From: a virus
Length of the DNA stretch: 64,000 bases
Strand: one strand, 5' to 3'
Virus record (IMG/VR): IMGVR_UViG_3300049830_000142
Location: 70,589 to 134,588 of that record
Shown: positions 49,811 through 58,324 of the stretch, one piece after another
Layout of the letters: the number at the start of each line of letters is the position of its first letter
How positions within the stretch are numbered: the first letter of the stretch is position 1
Made by a program: the position numbers and the translations under genes
The notes under the pieces: model-generated
Database searches by the model: none
The model's input: the letters and a program-made list of their open reading frames with translations, nothing else
Told to the model about the DNA's origin: nothing

Positions 49811-50031
49811 AGTTCTCCTAAGTTCTTATCGTAATCCATCTCCTTGTCATAGGCTTGTAATGCCTCGATTAGGACCTCTTTGATTTCAAGTATCTTTGTT
49901 ATTAGCTGCGGTTTGCACCCTTTGCAGCAATAGATTATGCCTACAGGTCTTTTCTCTCCTCTAATCGGAAGCTTCAGACTCATCAAGTCAGGTTCCGGGG
50001 AGTCGCAAACCACACATTTGAATTCACTCAT
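49807..50031 (-). CDS. Small Zn-finger protein
   Basis: CVVC..YCCKGC. Confidence 0.55.
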   Translation of the reverse strand: MSEFKCVVCDSPEPDLMSLKLPIRGEKRPVGIIYCCKGCKPQLITKILEIKEVLIEALQAYDKEMDYDKNLGEL

Positions 50032-50444
50032 TTAATGTCATTTGGATATAGCGTAACGATCTTGCACGGGATCCAGGCTTCCTCATCATAATGGTAGAGG
50101 GCACAGGTCCTATGGTAACCGTCAGCTATGATTACTTTGTTAGTCCGGATATCCCGAATCAACAGGATAGGTGATATAACTTTGGCAGCTTTGGTAGTTG
50201 TATTGATCTCGATTTGGACTGTCTTCATATCCTTGAGATACAACTGCAGTGTTTCCATGATCTCGTCAAACACCCTGCCTTCAAGTATTTCCATCTCTAC
50301 CAAAGATAAGCCAGGCGTATCTTTAGTAAACTGCTGTGCCTTAGACCTGGCCAGGCGCTCTATCTGTTGTTGAGTTTTGCTGGTCGTTACGTTGATTGCT
50401 AGTATCATTTTGTATTGTTTCGATTGGTGTCTCAGTACTCTCAA
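50028..50444 (-). CDS. ParB/Sulfiredoxin-like domain protein
   Basis: SPILL..VIIADGYHRTCA. Confidence 0.75.
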   Translation of the reverse strand: MRVLRHQSKQYKMILAINVTTSKTQQQIERLARSKAQQFTKDTPGLSLVEMEILEGRVFDEIMETLQLYLKDMKTVQIEINTTTKAAKVISPILLIRDIRTNKVIIADGYHRTCALYHYDEEAWIPCKIVTLYPNDIK

Positions 50445-50913
50445 TAGGCGTGAACGGTTGTGGACACAGCATATCGAGAATAGAGACTAGTTGTTTGTGT
50501 ATCTCACCATCTTTAGGAAACCCGTATCTTTTAGGCATGTGATTGTTGATAAAGTCACGAGAAGAAGTAGCCATTTCGCTGCCTCTAGCTGTGATATCCG
50601 CAATCATCTCGTACCTATAGATCAACGGCATCTCTTTGATAGTTCCCCAATACTCTGGGTGGTGAGGGTTAGTGCGCTGGTGATGCTCGATAGCATACTT
50701 GAGTCCAGCTCTATTAGTTGTGTTTGGATCGGTCAAGAACTGCCATTCAATTCCAGAGAACTTGCTGTTGTCATGCAGAAAGCTGTTTTTCAACAACCCT
50801 CTAGCCAACTCAACTTCTCCTTTATCAGCTAATTTCTCAGCCAATATTGAACAATGCTCCCTTACTAAGTTTATGTGTCTTAGTAATCCATCCATTCTCT
50901 CATGCTCTGTCAT
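50341..50913 (-). CDS. DUF5662-type HD-domain protein
   Basis: RH...V, HD.SK...E, HH...N.HHPEYW, EM.AD. Confidence 0.8.
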   Translation of the reverse strand: MTEHERMDGLLRHINLVREHCSILAEKLADKGEVELARGLLKNSFLHDNSKFSGIEWQFLTDPNTTNRAGLKYAIEHHQRTNPHHPEYWGTIKEMPLIYRYEMIADITARGSEMATSSRDFINNHMPKRYGFPKDGEIHKQLVSILDMLCPQPFTPIESTETPIETIQNDTSNQRNDQQNSTTDRAPGQV

Positions 50914-51092
50914 AGGTCACTTTCTCGGTACACTCATATCACGATCTAGTTGCATATGAATAGCAACCATAGTGTGATGCGAGTATTTGGTCACTGGGTC
51001 AATCCATAGGAAGTTTTCATCGCCAACCCAGCCTGCAGCTTCAAGGTATTTGGCCATGACTTCACAATGTTGATCTGCTAATTCTCGTCTAC

Positions 51093-51311
51093 TCATGGCG
51101 TTACTTGTAATCTCATTAGTTGTTCAGCCTTAACTTCGCACATCCAACCGCTCAATGCGTATTTCCAGCAATTGTCAGCCTTATGCCAGACCACATATTC
51201 TATGGTCACAATAGCATGCTTATACTTGCTGCCTTTGGATAGCTTCATTACAACTTGCTGTCCAGGCCAAAACTCAGGTTTGTCTTTGGCCTTTATCTTA
51301 AATATTTTCAT
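51093..51311 (-). CDS. Hypothetical SH3-like protein
   Basis: P.F.PGQ.V..W.Y. Confidence 0.5.
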   Translation of the reverse strand: MKIFKIKAKDKPEFWPGQQVVMKLSKGSKYKHAIVTIEYVVWHKADNCWKYALSGWMCEVKAEQLMRLQVTP

Positions 51312-51580
51312 AGGTCTGGGTCTAACTGTCGTGCTGAATGCTCTAGTCTAATAGGAGCCTTCAAGTTTCCGGCTGGTTCAGTTAACTTACCTTCCCAGCT
51401 ACATTTGCACTTATACTGGTAAGTGCCTTTGATCCTGGTTATGCCTGTCTGTCTACAACTAGGGCATACTGGACCATACATCTGCACACCGTCAATGTAG
51501 CCGCAGAACCTATTTTGACAGACATCGCCTAAGCTAGTCCTCATTAAGGGTGCGCCACATCCTGGACATTCGTTTTCCAT
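51308..51580 (-). CDS. Double Zn-ribbon protein, tag ARQLDPDL
   Basis: CPGC..CxxxxC, CPSC..CxC; tag. Confidence 0.75.
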   Translation of the reverse strand: MENECPGCGAPLMRTSLGDVCQNRFCGYIDGVQMYGPVCPSCRQTGITRIKGTYQYKCKCSWEGKLTEPAGNLKAPIRLEHSARQLDPDL

Positions 51581-51849
51581 ATTAGCCTGCTTTCAATAGT
51601 TTTAGTACGAGCTTAGCTTTCTTTAGCTTAGCCTCGGTTTTGTTGAATTCTTCTTTAGAGACGTTTGCCTTGAAATTAGAGCTATTCACCCTTTTAGTCA
51701 AGAACTCTATGTACGTCTCTTCGTGTTTGATCCGTTTAGTTTGTTCTGCGTTCATTCGTCATCCCTTAAACTGATGATCATAGCAATCACGTCTATCAAT
51801 ACGATGATTACTAAAACAGTTATCCAAGCGATTTTCAGCACATTATGTA

Positions 51850-52179
51850 TCATAGGTTTGGATCCAGTCTCCTATCCTCGTCCTTAGCATCCGGTGTTAT
51901 TGTAACCGGTTTAGTATTCCGAGGATGTGCCCCACTCTTTAACCTAAATAGAGTCATATCCTTATGCTCGCTCAGCCATACAACTGCCATTACTGAGGTA
52001 GCTATTGGAGCAAAGAAGATAATGACCGGTATCCAGTATAAGTGTTCTAGCTTTACATACCCATCAGTGTAGGCTTGATCGCATATACCAATGATGCAAC
52101 CGATAACACCATACAATACCCAGAGTGTGAGAATATAGTGTGTTGTGCAAAAGTCGTAAATTGATGCTAGCATATTCAT
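51850..52179 (-). CDS. Membrane protein, tag DRRLDPNL
   Basis: Two TM helices then polar linker and tag. Confidence 0.75.
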   Translation of the reverse strand: MNMLASIYDFCTTHYILTLWVLYGVIGCIIGICDQAYTDGYVKLEHLYWIPVIIFFAPIATSVMAVVWLSEHKDMTLFRLKSGAHPRNTKPVTITPDAKDEDRRLDPNL

Positions 52180-52356
52180 TTCTTTTTGAGTTTGTTTGGG
52201 TCTATGGCTTCGATGTCAAATGTCCTGCCACTAGGTAGCTTGAAGTGAACTGTTACTTTAGCATCCTGTTCAACATTACGTTTCTTCCACCAACCTTTGA
52301 TTTTGTTTAATATGTTCATAAATGGATGCCCGTTTTTAATTTTATCGGGCTTTGAT

Positions 52357-53025
52357 TTACTTCTTTGGTAGCGCCTTTAGATAAGCGTCTACCTTAGGCC
52401 ACCTATTTTTTAGGTATCTGTTGTAGATCTTCTCCTCTTGCTTAGTAAAGTTGACTGCTTTCTTAGACTTAACTATGAGGTCAATGCGTTTATCGAGTTG
52501 TTCAATCAACCACTCTAATGGGCTAGAACTAAGATACCAAGCTATTGAGTTGGCATGTCGCTTTTCCCTTCTCTGACTAAAGTGCTTTAATACATCAACT
52601 TTGTTCAATGGTTTTCCAGAGTTTTCTCCACTCACTAATTCGTTAGTATGAAGAATGTTTAATGCAGTATCCAAGCCACTGCCGTAGTAATTACCATGGT
52701 AGCATACAGCCTCTCCCAAAGCATAGGTTGAGCACTGGTCCATGTTAATAGTACAATACTGCCAGCCATCACTAAGAGTCATTCGCATAGTTAATGGATA
52801 ACCTTTGTAACTGACTAATCCAGCAGGTGTGTGAGAATAACGATTACCAAATACAGGCCAGTGAGTATTGGCATTCTCATTCCAAGCGTTTAACCTAGAT
52901 ACCATTTCATCATCTATTTGGAATCCTTCTACAGTACGTAGCTCATTGATAAGTGCATTCCAGATTATAGATATGGACTCTAAATAAGCTCGATTGATGG
53001 TTAGACTAATTTGTGGTTTGTTCAT
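52357..53025 (-). CDS. Hypothetical protein
   Basis: 222 aa; weak similarity to 53022-53729. Confidence 0.6.
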   Translation of the reverse strand: MNKPQISLTINRAYLESISIIWNALINELRTVEGFQIDDEMVSRLNAWNENANTHWPVFGNRYSHTPAGLVSYKGYPLTMRMTLSDGWQYCTINMDQCSTYALGEAVCYHGNYYGSGLDTALNILHTNELVSGENSGKPLNKVDVLKHFSQRREKRHANSIAWYLSSSPLEWLIEQLDKRIDLIVKSKKAVNFTKQEEKIYNRYLKNRWPKVDAYLKALPKK

Positions 53026-53729
53026 AGCTTGATTGCTTCAGGAACGGGCTTTTGGGTTATCCTCCACCTATCATAGGCCGGGATTCCCCTTAGCTTAGCA
53101 TATTGTGCGACCACTAGTTCCTTAGTTCTTTCTTTACTACCATTGACTCTCTTAGTCGAAGACATGTATTTCTTGTAAGCATCCTCAATCTTATCAAGCA
53201 AATCAGAACTGTCTAGGCTAACTGTGCAACTGTTATAGAACGTTTTGCGGTTATCCTTTACAGTACCACACATAGACTGGATCTCTTCGAAGGTAGGTAG
53301 TCTGTGTAGCATGAACGCTTTTAACTCAACACTATCAGGCTGCTCAGGTGTATGATATTGAGGACGGTCGATCTGTCTCTTCCATTGCCTTTTCTCCCTA
53401 GAATAGATCTCAAACACCTCTAGTTCTACAGTAGGGAACTTGAGATAGATGTCTCCATGCCTTGATATCGTTATATTGAGGTCTGAACCCTTATACTTCA
53501 GCAACCCTTTGACAGTGCTAATATCATCCAAGTTATCGTTTAATCTAGTAGGCCATCCAGACTTAGTAGCGGCGTCAAGTGCTAGTATTGCCTCTTGTTT
53601 GACTTCGATGTGAGGAGATAAGGCTGCTAAGAAATGGAGTGTCTCGATGTAAACATTTCGACACATCCTTTCTTGGGCAACCTTGAACTTACTCATGATC
53701 TCACCAAAAGCAGTTTCTCTTAATCTCAT
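53022..53729 (-). CDS. Hypothetical protein
   Basis: 235 aa. Confidence 0.6.
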   Translation of the reverse strand: MRLRETAFGEIMSKFKVAQERMCRNVYIETLHFLAALSPHIEVKQEAILALDAATKSGWPTRLNDNLDDISTVKGLLKYKGSDLNITISRHGDIYLKFPTVELEVFEIYSREKRQWKRQIDRPQYHTPEQPDSVELKAFMLHRLPTFEEIQSMCGTVKDNRKTFYNSCTVSLDSSDLLDKIEDAYKKYMSSTKRVNGSKERTKELVVAQYAKLRGIPAYDRWRITQKPVPEAIKL

Positions 53730-54268
53730 AGATCATCTCGAAGTGTAGTTTCCATGGTAGCGGCTTCAGTGCTACGACTAGTGCCATCTCCGGTCACTGG
53801 CCTTTCTTCTTCTTTAGGAGCCTGGATCTTTAGGATTGCTCGGATCTGCTCTAACTCATCAGAGAAAGCAGGTCTATCCAAAGACATGTGTGCGTTATAG
53901 ACTAAGCTACCGCCGAAGCCTACTCTCGAACCAGTAGTTTCGTCAATAGATTCTAGTCTAGCTAAGATAGCCCAAAGAACTGCGTCTTTAGGGTCATCAA
54001 CTCGTGGTGGTATTGGTGTTGTGGCCATTTGTTTGATTGTATTTTGCTGCTTGTTGTTCTGCCAACTCTTTAGACTTAGCTTCTCTCCTTTTTCCTTGTT
54101 TATAGGAACGGAGCAATGACTTGAACATTTTTGAAATCTGATAGTCCATGTCGATATAGCTAGGTGTGTCCTGTAACGAATTACAGTGAAAGGTATAATC
54201 CCTACCCTTCTTATGATTGTCGTAACTTGCAACTTCGTATTTGACTCCAGGTCTAGGATTGTAAACAC
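53726..54268 (-). CDS. Hypothetical protein (real start probably MATTPIPP near 54029)
   Basis: N-terminal part of the call overlaps 53997-54551 and looks like a shadow. Confidence 0.5.
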   Translation of the reverse strand: MFTILDLESNTKLQVTTIIRRVGIIPFTVIRYRTHLAISTWTIRFQKCSSHCSVPINKEKGEKLSLKSWQNNKQQNTIKQMATTPIPPRVDDPKDAVLWAILARLESIDETTGSRVGFGGSLVYNAHMSLDRPAFSDELEQIRAILKIQAPKEEERPVTGDGTSRSTEAATMETTLRDDL

Positions 54269-54551
54269 TGTTAAATCCGTTCTGTTCTCTCACCCAATAT
54301 GACTTGATGACGTATTTACCTGTATCCAAACTCATCCAACCATCATAGAACATCAAGTATAGGTTTAGCTCAGGATTGTCATTGTACTGAGCTATTTTGA
54401 TTCCTTTAGTATGGGTTAGCTCAGGAATGCCATAGTCTAATAAAGGATCGTGACTGACAGCTGACAGAGATTGCACTAATTGATGAGCGAATATCATCCT
54501 AGCATCTTGTTCAGCTTTCCTTAGCTGTATTGTAGCGTCGAATAAGTTCAT
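53997..54551 (-). CDS. Hypothetical protein
   Basis: 184 aa. Confidence 0.6.
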   Translation of the reverse strand: MNLFDATIQLRKAEQDARMIFAHQLVQSLSAVSHDPLLDYGIPELTHTKGIKIAQYNDNPELNLYLMFYDGWMSLDTGKYVIKSYWVREQNGFNSVYNPRPGVKYEVASYDNHKKGRDYTFHCNSLQDTPSYIDMDYQISKMFKSLLRSYKQGKRREAKSKELAEQQAAKYNQTNGHNTNTTTS

Positions 54552-55171
54552 TTCTTTTTAGCCTTGGGTTTTTGCAACTCTTTTAACTCAGCTTGTAACT
54601 TAACTAGCTTAGCTTTGTGCTTATCACCAAATGCTTTCCAATCAGGTATCCTAGACATATAGTCTTCGGCAAACTCACTGATTGAAACATAATTGAGGTT
54701 GAACCCATCACCTGCAAATCCACCAACAGATAGCCCTGGAGTATTACCATAACCAGACCTGCCATTCGGATTTTCTATCCATCTATAAGCATCCTCAATC
54801 TTAGGTGGTTTAGTACCTTTGTAAGTCACTTCCAAGATAACCATTTCGTGGCGTTCAGTTAAGTCTGGAATAGTGCTAGGCAAGGTTAGGTGTGCTGATT
54901 GAATACAGTTAGTACCTAATCCTTTGATAGGCGCGATCAAGTCAGTGAAATAAACGTGGTCAGCATCGTCACAATGATAGCTGTCTGGATCAATGTCCTG
55001 TGTCATTGACTTGAATTTATCTTTGGAGATGGTGAAACCAGCAGCATGTAAGTCTTCTGCCAAAGTTTTCACTACATTGACATAAGCCTGTTGTTTAGCT
55101 TTTCTAAGAGTCAGACCTAATGTATGGTATGAATTTAGTTGAAACGGTCCAGTTGATAGCTCAATTGACAT
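54548..55171 (-). CDS. Hypothetical protein
   Basis: 207 aa. Confidence 0.6.
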   Translation of the reverse strand: MSIELSTGPFQLNSYHTLGLTLRKAKQQAYVNVVKTLAEDLHAAGFTISKDKFKSMTQDIDPDSYHCDDADHVYFTDLIAPIKGLGTNCIQSAHLTLPSTIPDLTERHEMVILEVTYKGTKPPKIEDAYRWIENPNGRSGYGNTPGLSVGGFAGDGFNLNYVSISEFAEDYMSRIPDWKAFGDKHKAKLVKLQAELKELQKPKAKKK

Positions 55172-55495
55172 AGACTACATTAGGATCGACTTTAAGGTTT
55201 AGTTCTTTCATCTCATCAAACACTTCGATAACGTGCTTAAAACGTTCGGCATTGAATGAGCGATAGCCACCCTCAACACTCTCGACGCTTAGTCTTACAG
55301 TATCCTCGGGTTTGATGTTTAGATCTTTGATAGCTTTCTTGTTAGTTACAGCTAAAAAGTCATTGGTTCGTTGATTAGGTTAGGAGTAGTGCTTCCTAAG
55401 TTTTGGTGATTGGAGACAGAGACAGATATTAGTTGAGAAATGCTGCTTCGAGCAAGTGTTCTGTCAGGTGTAGTTATGCAGATGTAATAGATCAT
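55161..55495 (-). pseudogene. Frameshifted small gene
   Basis: ORF 55495-55352 ends ATG ACT TTT TAG; start-less 73-codon -1 frame (FLAVTNKKAIKDL..VVYVN*) continues to 55161. Confidence 0.45.
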
Positions 55496-55728
55496 GATTT
55501 GAAGACTAGCTTAAGATTGCTATCCGGCATTAAGTTAATCTTAGCGGTGAATTTGCTGACTAACTCAGGGCTCACATTATTATGAGCATATACTGTTTCG
55601 TTAGCAAAGAATCTCACCTCATCAAGGTAATCCGGTTCAGTTATGATTGCGCAGTCATCTTCTTTCATTCCACACGCATTCATAACCGTCTCACCTTGGG
55701 ACATATTGTTGGCGAGTATTATTGTCAT
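55492..55728 (-). CDS. Hypothetical protein
   Basis: 78 aa. Confidence 0.5.
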   Translation of the reverse strand: MTIILANNMSQGETVMNACGMKEDDCAIITEPDYLDEVRFFANETVYAHNNVSPELVSKFTAKINLMPDSNLKLVFKS

Positions 55729-55768
55729 AAAGAGGGAATGGTTGAGCCATTCCCCTTGTTCCTTTTTC

Positions 55769-55972
55769 TTAGCCCCTAGCTACTACGTAAGCTAAGTTAT
55801 TTGCTTCGCTGATAGAAAGGATTACCCAGTTATTTGTTTCGTTTTTACCAAAGTTCACTGGTGTCCCCTGTTCCGCCATGATCTTAGCTCTAGTAACTAA
55901 TTCAGCTGGCGCGTTGTTCAAACCCTCTAGCCAAGGGAGTGTCGTTATCGTTTCTGTGATCTTATATGTCAT
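55769..55972 (-). CDS. Hypothetical protein
   Basis: 67 aa. Confidence 0.5.
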   Translation of the reverse strand: MTYKITETITTLPWLEGLNNAPAELVTRAKIMAEQGTPVNFGKNETNNWVILSISEANNLAYVVARG

Positions 55973-56858
55973 TCTTGATCTCCTTTGATTCTGCGCGAGC
56001 TAGCAAGTCAGCAAGATCATCCTGTTCACTGATATTGAACTTTACTGAACCGACTACGTCATGAAGCCCACCAATACTAGACGTGGTTGTAGTAGGCATG
56101 GTTGATGTAGATCCAGCGCTGATAGACCTAGCATCATCAGTGATAGAGCAAGCAAACATCATATTGGTGTCGGCTACGCTACGTTTCCTTAGAACGTTGT
56201 TTGACAATGACCTGAAAGCAACTTCATAACCTGCATTCGTAGCATTGTAAGTCATTGCCTGTCCTTTAGAGACTTTGTATTTGCTGCTCTCTTTGATAGC
56301 GTCTTGATTTGCGCCTAAGTAGATCACCTGTCTGTTCTTAGCCTGCACTTCTTCGATTAGCTTCGCCAAGTCTTCATTAGAGTTGTTGCGGCTCGTGTTC
56401 TCCTCACCATCCGTAAGGCTAACATAAATCACTCTACCAGGCTTTTCAGCTTCATTGAGTGTATTGATGAATGCTTCTGCTTCACGAATAGCTTTGCAGA
56501 ATGCGTCTAACAATGGAGTCCCACCATTAGGAGTGTAGTCAGCTGCTGTTAATTCAGCCACCTCATTCAGGTCCTTATGATCAATGAACTTGTGATAGCC
56601 GAACCAGTCTCCAGGCTCACCAGTCCTTGGAGCGCTGTACTGCCCATCTGAAGCGAAGAATACGAGGTTAAGCGTGCACTTCAAATTAGGAGTAGACTCG
56701 CTGAAGTCTGCATCTACGCTAAGTTGACGGTCTTGGTTAGGCAAAGCTTTCTGTTCACGAATGAACCTGTTGATACCGTCTATTGTAGCCTGTTTAGTCG
56801 GCTCCATGCTTCCGCTAGCGTCAACTAACAGAACTATGTGTGTGTAATTTGGATTCAT
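55962..56858 (-). CDS. von Willebrand factor A (vWA) domain protein
   Basis: MIDAS DASGS, GGTPLLDA, TDGEEN. Confidence 0.92.
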   Translation of the reverse strand: MNPNYTHIVLLVDASGSMEPTKQATIDGINRFIREQKALPNQDRQLSVDADFSESTPNLKCTLNLVFFASDGQYSAPRTGEPGDWFGYHKFIDHKDLNEVAELTAADYTPNGGTPLLDAFCKAIREAEAFINTLNEAEKPGRVIYVSLTDGEENTSRNNSNEDLAKLIEEVQAKNRQVIYLGANQDAIKESSKYKVSKGQAMTYNATNAGYEVAFRSLSNNVLRKRSVADTNMMFACSITDDARSISAGSTSTMPTTTTSSIGGLHDVVGSVKFNISEQDDLADLLARAESKEIKNDI

Positions 56859-57109
56859 AAATGGGGGTCTAATTGTCTTTCGTTTGTTGTGTCGTCCAGT
56901 CTACCTGGATTAGGATTGGTGTTAAGAGTGACGGTTATGTATTCCATTGGTTGTTGCATCTGGATATTGACGTCAGCTCTAATTGTGTTGTTTTCTCTGT
57001 CTATAGTAACGTTGTTTGTTTGAACACTAGCACCAACGTAAGGAGTCATGTTCTCTCTTATCATTTGTTCTATTCTACTTACTTGTAGCTGTGTTTCAGG
57101 AGCAGGCAT
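56855..57109 (-). CDS. Hypothetical protein, tag ERQLDPHL; sheath-C/gp25-like segment; upstream in-frame MCP-like segment
   Basis: Tag; IRADVNIQMQQPMEYITVTL; frame open 29 codons upstream of ATG. Confidence 0.7.
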   Translation of the reverse strand: MPAPETQLQVSRIEQMIRENMTPYVGASVQTNNVTIDRENNTIRADVNIQMQQPMEYITVTLNTNPNPGRLDDTTNERQLDPHL

Positions 57110-57436
57110 TATACGTTCAGCAAAACTGCTTTCACGCAGTCTAGCTCTTAAATAATCCTGTGCTGCTGATATAGCGTCGCGTGGAGCTTCTATAGACTAT
57201 GCCCTCTTGTTCAGTCCTCCTATTTACTGCGGCCAATCTTTCAACATGTAATCTAAGCTCACGTAACTCTCTTTGTAAGTTAACGATGTCTATGCTCTTT
57301 TGATCATTTGCTTGTTGAAGGTATGCGACTCTTTCTTCTAAAGTAGGATTGTGTTCTAAATGTCTGCTAGTACATCAGCATCATCAGCTTCAACCCTACC
57401 AGATCCCATTCCAAATAATCCGTCTAAGATACTCAT
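57110..57436 (-). pseudogene. Interrupted 5' region of 56855-57109 (three joined frames)
   Basis: 26-aa ORF from ATG 57436, start-less coiled-coil frame (-1), then return to first frame. Confidence 0.45.
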
Positions 57437-58311
57437 ATTGTTTGGTCTAGGTTACGATCACCAGTCTCATGTCTAACATTAGGGGCTGGTTCTCTTGTTA
57501 CGGTTGGATGTCTTTCTGTTACACTACCTACATGAAAGTCACTAGCTATAAATTCGCTACCACGATTAGTATTAGCCCTGATCCTAACTTCAGTCTCACC
57601 ATAAGCGTTGATGGCTTCACCAAGTGTCGAAATTGGAGTAGCTTGGCGTACCCTAGACGTATCATTAGCGGCTTCAATCATCGCTCTAACTCGGTCAAGT
57701 TGTCTCTCGTTTTCACTTTCAGAAGCTGATCTAGCTATTTGAGTAGCAGTAACAGCCTCTTGAACTGCTTGCGCCATAGGACTCATTCCAGGAACAGTTT
57801 GTGGACCGTGTCTAGAACTTAGTGCACCTAGAGTCATTGCTTCGCTATCCCTAACTGCATCAGCACTAGTTCTAACTACGCGAGCTCTATCTCTTACCTG
57901 TTGTAGAACTTCACGGCGCTGTGTGTCATTATTAACTTCAGCTCTAAGCCTATTAATTTCATCACGCATCTCACTCAAATGCCTGGCTGTGTTGGCATCC
58001 ATTTGTGAGAATATGTTGCTGACAGTTTGGCTTAAGTCAGTTATACGCCTGCTCAAACTCTCAGTAATAGGTGTTAGTATTGGCTGTGGAGGTAATGCTG
58101 GTGCTGGCATTTGTAGAGCTGCACCAGATGATCCTTCTACTATTTCTTCAATCGGTCTAGGATCAGACTCGATTGATTGCATCATCTCATTTATCTCATC
58201 TATCCCTGCCTCTGGATAGGGGACACCCGGAGTTGAACGACATGAGTTCAACAGCTTGAGGCCCCATCCTATCAAGATGTGGCCTATTTTTAATCTGAGG
58301 CTTCTAAACAT
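57433..58311 (-). CDS. Low-complexity/coiled-coil protein, tag variant DRNLDQTI
   Basis: 292 aa; N-terminal amphipathic segment; tag variant. Confidence 0.7.
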   Translation of the reverse strand: MFRSLRLKIGHILIGWGLKLLNSCRSTPGVPYPEAGIDEINEMMQSIESDPRPIEEIVEGSSGAALQMPAPALPPQPILTPITESLSRRITDLSQTVSNIFSQMDANTARHLSEMRDEINRLRAEVNNDTQRREVLQQVRDRARVVRTSADAVRDSEAMTLGALSSRHGPQTVPGMSPMAQAVQEAVTATQIARSASESENERQLDRVRAMIEAANDTSRVRQATPISTLGEAINAYGETEVRIRANTNRGSEFIASDFHVGSVTERHPTVTREPAPNVRHETGDRNLDQTI

Positions 58312-58324
58312 AATTTATTTGTTG

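Noticed and set aside
50341-50913. DUF5662 HD protein as DatZ of a 2-aminoadenine (Z-base) pathway
   Set aside because: No PurZ or MazZ-like gene in the window; an HD motif alone is insufficient
52176-52220. EAIDPNKLKKK* and vWA terminus SKEIKNDI as tag variants
   Set aside because: No Arg at -7 and wrong register; not counted
53726-53752. C-terminus TTLRDDL as another tag copy
   Set aside because: Lacks the R(-7) and acidic(-4) positions; only terminal DL matches
57110-57436. Stop-codon reassignment (TAG or TGA read-through) to explain interrupted frames
   Set aside because: TAG read-through gives a non-protein-like frame that also contains TAA; TGA is the stop in many ATGA overlaps; long structural genes are intact in code 11
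41620-57459. Tag as CRISPR repeat or integron attC-like DNA repeat
   Set aside because: No regular spacing or palindromy; copies differ synonymously and always stay in frame with a stop; no cas or integrase gene in the window
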